Shown piece by piece: positions 7,032 through 13,543 of a stretch of 38,565 nt of DNA (position 1 is its first letter; every line of letters begins with the position of its first letter). The translations under genes and the position numbers were made by a program. Source of the stretch: Tepidiformaceae bacterium (lineage in GTDB: Bacteria > Chloroflexota > Dehalococcoidia > Tepidiformales > Tepidiformaceae); contig JBPPMX010000281.1 in NCBI GenBank assembly GCA_051306275.1, positions 1-38,565 on the forward strand. Reading direction: 5' to 3'. The notes beneath the pieces are model-generated. The model saw only the letters and a list, made by a program, of their open reading frames with translations. It was not told where the DNA came from and did no database searches.

Positions 7032-8398
7032 TGCCGACACGAGACGACGATCTGCTCAACCTCGCGCGCCATGTGGTGGAGCGTGCGAAGGCCCACGGTG
7101 CGGCGCAGTGCGACGTCTACGCGGGCCGGTACGACGAATCGAATGTGAGTGTCCGCGTCGGCGAGGTGGAAAAGCTGATCGAGGCCGGGTCACGGGCCCT
7201 CGGGCTGCGTGTTATCACGGATGGCGGCCGGACGGCGGTCTCGTCGACATCGGACCTGAGCGAAGACGCGCTGGAACGCCTGGCGAAGGAGACGGTGGAG
7301 CTGGCTGCGATCTCGGAAGCGGATCCGCATGCGGGGCTTCCGGATCCGGGGGACTTCGCCCAGAGGGGCGCGGAGGGGCTGCAGCTCTACGACGAACGGC
7401 TCGGCGACCTCACGACCGATGCGATGACCGCGATGGCGATCGCGTCGGAGGACGCGGCGCGCGGGTACGACTCGCGGATCACGAATAGCGGGGGCGCGAG
7501 CGTGAGTGCGCGGCGGGGTGAGGTCGCGCTGGTGAACTCGCTCGGGTTCTCGGGGACGTATCCGTCGACGGGCGTGTCACTGTCGGTCGAGGTGATGGCA
7601 GACGACGAGGACGGAAAGAAGCGAAACGCGTACTGGTTCACCTCGGAACGCAGTCTGCACCGGTTGCAGGACGCCGCCGAGGTTGGACGAATCGCCGCGC
7701 GGCGGGCGCTCGACCAGCTCGGCGCGAGGAAGGTGACCACGCGGCTAGTGCCGGTGGTGTTCGAGCCGATGATGACGGCGGCCCTGATGCGAGACTTTGC
7801 GGGGTGCGCGAACGGCAGCGCGCTCTATCGCGGTTCGACGTTCCTTGCCGGGCGGACGGGGCAGGCGATTGGGTCGCCGCTGGTGTCGATCGTGGACGAC
7901 CCGTGGCTGCCTGCCCGGGGCGGTTCGCGACCGTTCGATGGCGAGGGCGTGGGCACGCGAAAGACGAGCTTGCTCGAAGCCGGCGTCTTCCAGGGGTTCC
8001 TGTTCGATAGCTACAGCGCAAGGCGGACCGAGAGCCGGACGACCGGGAGCGCACACCGCGGGGTCGATTCGCTGCCATCCCCGGGGTCATCGAACCTCGT
8101 GTTCGAGGCTGGAGCCACGGCGCCTGAGGAGATCATCGGGGACGTGAAGGATGGGCTGTATCTCACAGCGTTGCTGGGATTCGGATTCAACCCGGCGACG
8201 GGCGACTACTCTCGTGGCGCTGCAGGGATGTGGATTGAGAACGGGCGAATCGCCTTCCCCGTCACGGAGATCAACATCTCGGGGCGTCTGGATTCGATGC
8301 TGGCCGACATCGACGCGGTCGGGGCAGACCTGGCGTGGTTCGGGGGGTCGGCGGCGCCGACGGTGCGAGTGCGAGAGATGACGGTTTCGGGGCTGTAG
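7031..8398 (+). CDS. pmbA: TldD/PmbA-family metalloprotease subunit, PmbA (TldE)-like (no HExxxH motif)
   Basis: 455 aa with family-typical blocks (DVYAGRYDESNVSVRVGEVEKL, PFDGEGVGTRKTSLLEAGVFQGFLFDSYSA, GLYLTALLGFGFNPATGDYSRGAAGMWIENG). Confidence 0.8.
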   Translation: MPTRDDDLLNLARHVVERAKAHGAAQCDVYAGRYDESNVSVRVGEVEKLIEAGSRALGLRVITDGGRTAVSSTSDLSEDALERLAKETVELAAISEADPHAGLPDPGDFAQRGAEGLQLYDERLGDLTTDAMTAMAIASEDAARGYDSRITNSGGASVSARRGEVALVNSLGFSGTYPSTGVSLSVEVMADDEDGKKRNAYWFTSERSLHRLQDAAEVGRIAARRALDQLGARKVTTRLVPVVFEPMMTAALMRDFAGCANGSALYRGSTFLAGRTGQAIGSPLVSIVDDPWLPARGGSRPFDGEGVGTRKTSLLEAGVFQGFLFDSYSARRTESRTTGSAHRGVDSLPSPGSSNLVFEAGATAPEEIIGDVKDGLYLTALLGFGFNPATGDYSRGAAGMWIENGRIAFPVTEINISGRLDSMLADIDAVGADLAWFGGSAAPTVRVREMTVSGL

Positions 8399-8459
8399 GG
8401 GCGGAACTGCGCGCGCCCACGAAAGGGCACAAGGATCCGGCGACGGTTAAGATCGCGCG

Positions 8460-8921
8460 ATGAAGTGGGCTGCATTCGAGGGTCTGGAGCCGGAGTTGGC
8501 GGCGCTGGGGCGCGAGCGGTATGCGGGGACGGGGATCGCGATGCTGGGGACCGTGCGCCGGGATGGGAGCCCGCGGGTGACGCCACTCGAGGTGTTCATC
8601 GTGCGGGGGGAGCTGATGCTGGGGATGATGTGGCAGTCGATGAAGGCGCTGGACCTCGTGCGGGACCCGCGCATCGTGGTGCACAGCGTTGTGACGGCGA
8701 AAGCGGGGACGGACGGCGAGTTCAAGCTGCGGGGGAGGGGGAAAGGCGTGACCGACCCGGAGCTACGCGAGGCGTACGGGGACGTGCTCTGGGAGGAGCA
8801 GCAGTGGCGCCCGGAGGAGCCGTACCACCTGTTCGCGGTCGACATCGAGGAGGTGGCGTACGTGGTTTTCGAGGGCGAGGAGAAGCGTGTGCGGCTGTGG
8901 AGGGCGAGCGACGGAGGCTAG
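8460..8921 (+). CDS. Pyridoxamine 5'-phosphate oxidase-like (FMN/F420-binding split-barrel) family protein
   Basis: 153 aa. GTVRRDGSPRVTPLEVFIVRGELMLGMM...DPRIVVHSV fits the PNPOx-like split-barrel pattern. Confidence 0.6.
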   Translation: MKWAAFEGLEPELAALGRERYAGTGIAMLGTVRRDGSPRVTPLEVFIVRGELMLGMMWQSMKALDLVRDPRIVVHSVVTAKAGTDGEFKLRGRGKGVTDPELREAYGDVLWEEQQWRPEEPYHLFAVDIEEVAYVVFEGEEKRVRLWRASDGG

Positions 8922-9328
8922 AGGCGGCCGGCACTCGTCGGGGGCCAGTAGCGGAAACGGGCACGGCCGCGGAGCGAATCGCGGGGGACCCAGCCGAAGG
9001 TGCGACTGTCGGTGCTGTAGGGAGGGTTATCACCTTCGAGCCAGGCGGAGCCGTCAGCCGCGCGCACCCCGGTAATGCGCTTCACGAGGTCGTTTTCGGG
9101 CACGCGCGGGTCGGCGGCGATGGCGATGTGGCCGGGCGCCGGACCCGCGTGCACGTAGGCAGAACGATCGACGATGAGGAAGTCACCGGGGCGAAGTGTG
9201 GGGAGCATGCTTTCGCCGGCGACTTCGTAGCGAGAGAAGCGGCGGAGCATTCGAAGAAGGACGAGAAGGGTGAGAAGAAACGAAAAGGCGCGCCACAGCC
9301 GTGACACGCCTTTCCAGAGTTTCGCCAA
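8918..9328 (-). CDS. sodX: S26-family signal-peptidase-like Ni-SOD maturation protease (SodX)
   Basis: GESMLPTLRPGD (Ser nucleophile box), LVKRI (Lys box) and GDNPPYSTDSR box. It starts (TTG 9328 or GTG 9310) 5 nt after the sodN stop. Confidence 0.8.
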   Translation of the reverse strand: MAKLWKGVSRLWRAFSFLLTLLVLLRMLRRFSRYEVAGESMLPTLRPGDFLIVDRSAYVHAGPAPGHIAIAADPRVPENDLVKRITGVRAADGSAWLEGDNPPYSTDSRTFGWVPRDSLRGRARFRYWPPTSAGRL

Positions 9329-9333
9329 AGCCG

Positions 9334-9777
9334 TTAGCTGGCGCGGTAGAAGGGGACGTCGCGGCCCTTCGTTGCCCAGAAGATGTTGTGGATCTTCTCG
9401 ATGGCTTCGAGGAGGGCTTCGCCGTTGGCGGCGTCGCTTTCGGTCTTGTTCTTAGAGCCGAGCTTGGCAGCCTTCCAGAAGGTGTCGTGGAGGTCCGGGT
9501 ACTTCTCAAGGTGCTCGGGCTTGAAGTAGTCGTGCCAGAGGATGTTGAGTTCGCGCTTGGCGATCTCGGCCTGCTGCTCCTTGATCGCGATGAAGCGGGA
9601 GCGGGTGTTCTGGGTGGCGAGGTCCTGGCCATCACCGAGGGCGGCGAGCTTCTTCTCCATCGAGAGGACGGCTTCGGCGGCGATGCGGGCGGAGGCCGGG
9701 TCATAGACTCCGCAGGGGCCATCGCAGTGGGCGTGGGCGATGCGGGCGGGGCGAAGCAGATTGGTAACGAACGACAT
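9334..9777 (-). CDS. sodN: Nickel superoxide dismutase precursor (SodN)
   Basis: A 16-aa propeptide MSFVTNLLRPARIAHA is followed by the Ni-hook HCDGPCGVYDP. The rest is typical of the Ni-SOD four-helix bundle. An AAGGAG RBS precedes ATG 9777. Confidence 0.9.
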   Translation of the reverse strand: MSFVTNLLRPARIAHAHCDGPCGVYDPASARIAAEAVLSMEKKLAALGDGQDLATQNTRSRFIAIKEQQAEIAKRELNILWHDYFKPEHLEKYPDLHDTFWKAAKLGSKNKTESDAANGEALLEAIEKIHNIFWATKGRDVPFYRAS

Positions 9778-9837
9778 CAGGGGAGGGAACTCCTTGGTTG
9801 GATAGCCCCGTGCGCGGGGCGAGTAAAGACGTCGGTC

Positions 9838-9846
9838 AGTATAGCA
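9838..9846 (-). promoter_or_regulatory. Candidate extended -10 promoter element (TGCTATACT on the minus strand) for sodN-sodX
   Basis: The reverse complement of 9838-9846 reads TGCTATACT (TGn + TATACT). It lies about 55 nt upstream of the sodN ATG. The predicted 5' UTR contains the hairpin GCCCCG-TGCG-CGGGGC at 9805-9820. Confidence 0.3.
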
Positions 9847-9928
9847 AGCGCAGACTGGCTGTACGGCACTGCGGCGCGTTGCCGGGCGGGTGGGGCGAAC
9901 GTAAACTGACCGTGCAACGTCTCTACCC

Positions 9929-10471
9929 ATGATGCCTCTACCGTTGGGGCGTCGAGAGGATGGCCACTTGGCGTACAAGATCATCGACACGTGCATCGGC
10001 TGTACGGCCTGCACGAAGCGGTGCCCGACGAATGCAATCACGGGCGACCGGAACTACACGCACGTTATCGACCCGACGCTGTGCATCGACTGCGGCGCTT
10101 GCGGGATCGTGTGTCCGCCTGAGTCGATCCTGGACACGTTCGGGAATGTATGCCGGACGTACAAGAAGCAGGACTGGCCGAAGGCGGTTGTCATCGAGGA
10201 CAAGTGCATCGGCTCCGGGTGCGAACTCTGTATCAACATCTGCCCGTTCGATGCGCTGAGCCTTGAACACACCGGGCGGATCGACGATTTCTTCGGCGTG
10301 AGCACGGTGGACGAGAAGAAGTGCACCGGTTGCCGCCTCTGCGAGGATGTCTGCGGTTGGGATGCGGTCCACATCTTCCCGCTGAAGGACGAGGTCCTGA
10401 AGTCCATCGAGGAGCTCACGGAGCAGGAGATAGCGCTCGTAAAGCAGGCGAAGGCGAAAGTCACCGCCTGA
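9929..10471 (+). CDS. Ferredoxin-like protein with four 4Fe-4S cluster motifs
   Basis: CIGCTACTKRCP, CIDCGACGIVCP, CIGSGCELCINICP and CTGCRLCEDVCG. The start is uncertain (ATG 9929, or the in-frame TTG about 40 nt downstream). Confidence 0.8.
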   Translation: MMPLPLGRREDGHLAYKIIDTCIGCTACTKRCPTNAITGDRNYTHVIDPTLCIDCGACGIVCPPESILDTFGNVCRTYKKQDWPKAVVIEDKCIGSGCELCINICPFDALSLEHTGRIDDFFGVSTVDEKKCTGCRLCEDVCGWDAVHIFPLKDEVLKSIEELTEQEIALVKQAKAKVTA

Positions 10472-10497
10472 GGCCACGAGGTCTGTGACGACGACAC

Positions 10498-10527
10498 CAA
10501 CGAGGGGGCGCGCTTGCCCCCTCGTTG
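10498..10527 (+). terminator. Strong GC-rich hairpin (12-bp perfect stem, 6-nt loop) downstream of the ferredoxin gene, with no U-tract
   Basis: CAACGAGGGGGC-GCGCTT-GCCCCCTCGTTG begins 27 nt after the stop at 10471. Confidence 0.45.
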
Positions 10528-10638
10528 CGCGTCCCGAGGGGGTCGATGGTTGCGTTGCCGGAGTGCGAGCGGGTAGGATTGTTGACACGATCACTCGACT
10601 TTATCGAGCAGGCGTGCAGGGGCAACCAGGGCGAGCAA

Positions 10639-11076
10639 ATGCGAGTCTCAACACGAAGCGATTACGGGCTGCGCGCCCTGATCGAGCTCGCGGGGCACTA
10701 TGGTGCGGGGCCGCTGCAATCGTCGGAGATTGCGCTTCGACGGCACATCCCCGAGCAGTACCTCGACCAGCTCCTCACGACGCTCCGAAAGGCCGGGTTC
10801 ATCCGGTCGACGCGGGGGCCTGCAGGCGGCCATGAACTCCTGCGCGACCCGAATTCGATCACGGTGCGCGACGTCATCGAGTCGCTTGAGGGGAGCCTGG
10901 CGCCCGTAGCCTGGCTGGATGACCCGCCCGAAATGACCGATCACCCGCACAACTGCGGTCAGCGGGAGATCTGGGAGCGAATCCGTGAGGCGACGGCGGG
11001 AGTCCTTGATGCCTATTCGATCGGGGACCTGCTGGAGCGGGAACCGCAAGCGGCGGTCGGGAGGTACGTGATATGA
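10639..11076 (+). CDS. Rrf2-family transcriptional regulator (CymR/IscR class, lacking the 3-Cys cluster ligand set)
   Basis: MRVSTRSDYGLRALIELAGHYGAGPLQSSEIALRRHIPEQYLDQLLTTLRKAGFIRSTRGPAGG is the Rrf2 wHTH. There is only one Cys (HNCGQ). The stop overlaps the cysK start (ATGA at 11073-11076). Confidence 0.85.
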   Translation: MRVSTRSDYGLRALIELAGHYGAGPLQSSEIALRRHIPEQYLDQLLTTLRKAGFIRSTRGPAGGHELLRDPNSITVRDVIESLEGSLAPVAWLDDPPEMTDHPHNCGQREIWERIREATAGVLDAYSIGDLLEREPQAAVGRYVI

Positions 11077-12008
11077 CGGGACACACGACGCGGCCGGCAA
11101 TCGCTGGTTCGGCGCTGGAGCTGATTGGCGCGACGCCGCTGGTCCGCCTGAACCGGGTAGGACCGGATGGCGGCGCGACCATCCTGGGGAAGCTGGAAAG
11201 CATGAACCCCGGTGGGAGCGTGAAGGACCGGATCGCGCTGGCGATGATCGAGGCAGCGGAGCGCGATGGCCGGTTAGAGCCGGGCGACATCCTTGTTGAG
11301 CCGACATCCGGGAACACCGGGATCGGGCTGGCGATGGTCGCGGCGGTGAAGGGCTACCGGTTGATCCTGACGATGCCGGAGGACTTCTCGCTGGAGCGCC
11401 GACAGTTGCTGGAGCGCTACGGCGCTGAGCTTCATCTGACGCCCGCGATCGAAGGGATGACGGGCGCGGTGCACGCGGCTCAGCAGATCGTGAAGGAAGA
11501 GAAGCGGGCGTTCATGCCGCAGCAGTTCGAGAACCCGGCGAACCCGGAGATCCACCGGCAGACGACGGCGCTTGAGATCATCGAGGCGACGGGTGGGGCG
11601 GTGGACGCGTTCGTAGCCGGGGTTGGCACCGGAGGAACGATTACCGGAGTCGGGCAAGTGCTGCGGGACAGGGTCGGGGGACACGTTTTGATTGTCGCTG
11701 TGGAGCCTGCGCGATCGCCGGTGCTGAGCGGCGGACGGCCGGGGATGCACGGGATCCAGGGGATCGGGGCGAGCTTCGTCCCGGGCGTGCTGGACCGCGA
11801 GGTCTATTCCGAAGTGATGCGCATCGAAGACCGTGACGCGCTGGCGATGACACGCCGCCTGGCTCGCGAAGAAGGGCTGCTCGTCGGGATCTCGGCGGGC
11901 GCCAACGTGTTCGCCGCGGCGAAGATCGCGGAGAAGCTGGGCGCAGGAAAGACGGTTGTGACCGTGCTCTGTGATACCGGCGAGCGATATCTGACGGTGA
12001 CCATGTAA
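11073..12008 (+). CDS. cysK: Cysteine synthase A (O-acetylserine sulfhydrylase)
   Basis: NPGGSVKDRIALAMI (PLP lysine), EPTSGNTGIGLAMVAAVKGY, GVGTGGTITG; 311 aa. Confidence 0.9.
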   Translation: MTGHTTRPAIAGSALELIGATPLVRLNRVGPDGGATILGKLESMNPGGSVKDRIALAMIEAAERDGRLEPGDILVEPTSGNTGIGLAMVAAVKGYRLILTMPEDFSLERRQLLERYGAELHLTPAIEGMTGAVHAAQQIVKEEKRAFMPQQFENPANPEIHRQTTALEIIEATGGAVDAFVAGVGTGGTITGVGQVLRDRVGGHVLIVAVEPARSPVLSGGRPGMHGIQGIGASFVPGVLDREVYSEVMRIEDRDALAMTRRLAREEGLLVGISAGANVFAAAKIAEKLGAGKTVVTVLCDTGERYLTVTM

Positions 12009-12080
12009 GGTGATCTCTATCGACCAGCGTGGCGCGAGGAACGCAGCCACCCCAGCAATCGACCGCCGAAGGAGGCTTCG

Positions 12081-13187
12081 ATGACCATCAACGTGTACAT
12101 ACCAACGCCGTTCCGGCACCTCGTAGGGAACCGGGCGAGTGTGAAGGCCGACGGGGACACAGTCGCTGAAGTCCTGCGGGACGTGGACCAGCAGTTCCCG
12201 GGGTTCCGGGCGCAGCTCTTCGACGCCAAGGGTGAACTCGCGCAGCACATCAACGTGTATGTGAACCAGGTCGAGATCCAGACGCTGCAGGGCGAGAAGA
12301 CGGTACTCAAGCCGGACGACGAAGTGGCGGTCATCCCGGCGCTCGCCGGTGGCGCGGGGGCGACCCTGACGCCTGAGATGGTGGACCGCTACAGCCGTCA
12401 CCTGATCATGCCGCAGGTCGGGAGCGCGGGCCAGCGAAAGATCATCGAGTCGAGCGTGCTGATCATCGGCGCGGGCGGACTCGGGTCGCCGGTCGCGCTC
12501 TATCTCGCGCTGGCCGGTGTTGGGAAGGTCGGGATCATCGATTTCGACGTCGTCGACCGGTCGAACCTGCAGCGGCAGATCCTGCACCAAACTGAGGACA
12601 TCGGGAAGCGGAAGGTGATCTCGGCGCGCGAGACGCTGAACGCCCACAACCCGAACGTGAACGTTGTCGTGCACGAAGAGCCGCTGACCAGCGAGAACGC
12701 GTTCGAGCTTTTCGAGCAGTACGACATCATCGTGAACGGCGCGGACAACTTCGCGACCCGCTACCTCGCGAACGACGCGGCGTACCTGATGAAGAAGCCG
12801 CTGGTCGACGGATCGATTCTGATGTTCGACGGCCAGGCAACGGTCTACATCCCGGGGAAAGGGTGCTACCGCTGCCTCTACCCGGCACCGCCACCGCCGG
12901 GCATGGTCCCGAGCTGCGCGGAAGCCGGCGTGCTCGGGGCGATGTGCGCGACGATTGGGAGCATCCAGGCAACCGAAGTGCTGAAGCTGATACTGGAGGT
13001 CGGGGAACCGCTGGTGAACCGGCTGCTCCTCTACGACGCCCTTAGCCTCGAGTTCCGTATCGTGAAGGTGCGGCAGGATCCCGAGTGCCCGCTGTGCGGT
13101 GACAACCCGACGATCGACGCGCTCATCGATTACGAAGTGTTCTGTGGGGCTCCACTGCCTCACGCACTCGAACCTGCGGGCGCATAG
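12081..13187 (+). CDS. Fusion protein: N-terminal MoaD/ThiS/CysO-like beta-grasp ubiquitin-like domain (ends ...PALAGG at aa 90-91) plus a MoeB/ThiF/MoeZ-type E1-like adenylyltransferase without a rhodanese domain
   Basis: Ubl part: VAEVLRDVDQQFPGFRAQLFDAKGEL...INVYVNQVEI...DEVAVIPALAGG. E1 part: RYSRHLIMPQVG, IIGAGGLGSP, DFDVVDRSNLQRQ, SCAEAGVLG, and CYRC...CPLC zinc motifs. A GAAGGAGG RBS sits 6 nt before the ATG. Confidence 0.85.
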   Translation: MTINVYIPTPFRHLVGNRASVKADGDTVAEVLRDVDQQFPGFRAQLFDAKGELAQHINVYVNQVEIQTLQGEKTVLKPDDEVAVIPALAGGAGATLTPEMVDRYSRHLIMPQVGSAGQRKIIESSVLIIGAGGLGSPVALYLALAGVGKVGIIDFDVVDRSNLQRQILHQTEDIGKRKVISARETLNAHNPNVNVVVHEEPLTSENAFELFEQYDIIVNGADNFATRYLANDAAYLMKKPLVDGSILMFDGQATVYIPGKGCYRCLYPAPPPPGMVPSCAEAGVLGAMCATIGSIQATEVLKLILEVGEPLVNRLLLYDALSLEFRIVKVRQDPECPLCGDNPTIDALIDYEVFCGAPLPHALEPAGA

Positions 13188-13201
13188 CTCAGAGACGAAC
13201 G

Positions 13202-13221
13202 AGGGGGCGGGCGACGCCCCT
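13202..13221 (+). other. GC-rich hairpin between the Ubl-E1 gene and cysO (possible attenuator or mRNA-stability element)
   Basis: AGGGGGCG-GGCGA-CGCCCCT (one bulged G). It is preceded by the same AACGAGGGGGCG 12-mer seen at 10499-10510. Confidence 0.3.
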
Positions 13222-13249
13222 GGCAATCCCAGATGAGAAGCGAGTAGGT

Positions 13250-13543
13250 ATGACTGCGACTGCCCCGACCATCCAGGTGCGTGTGACCGCTGTGCTCCAG
13301 AAGCTAACCGGCGGCGAGAAGTCGGTTGAGGCCTCCGGTGGGACGATCGGTGATGTGCTCGAAGACGTCGACCGACGCTACCCCGGCTTCAAGGCCCAGA
13401 TGTTCGGCGACGATGGCAAGCTGCACCGGTTCGTGAATGTCTACCTGAACGACGAGGACATCCGCTACACGGGTGGGACGGAGACGGCAGTGAACGCTGG
13501 CGACCGGCTCGACATCCTCCCGGCTCTTGCGGGCGGCGCCTGA
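13250..13543 (+). CDS. cysO: MoaD/ThiS-family sulfur-carrier protein, CysO-like, C-terminus ...ILPALAGGA
   Basis: 97 aa and clearly paralogous to the fused Ubl (DVDRRYPGFKAQMFGDDGKL...VNVYLNDEDI...DRLDILPALAGG). It lies immediately upstream of cysM. Confidence 0.75.
   Translation: MTATAPTIQVRVTAVLQKLTGGEKSVEASGGTIGDVLEDVDRRYPGFKAQMFGDDGKLHRFVNVYLNDEDIRYTGGTETAVNAGDRLDILPALAGGA

Noticed and set aside
10525-10638. N-terminal extension of the Rrf2 ORF (183-aa version)
   Set aside because: The extension covers the terminator hairpin and the TTGACA promoter element. The Rrf2 family begins exactly at MRVSTRSDYGLRAL (ATG 10639).
11274-13226. 650-aa minus-strand ORF spanning cysK and the Ubl-E1 gene
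   Set aside because: It is antisense to two genes with unmistakable motifs. Its translation is Arg/His/Pro/Asp-rich low complexity with no recognisable domain. This is the typical shadow ORF of a high-GC genome.
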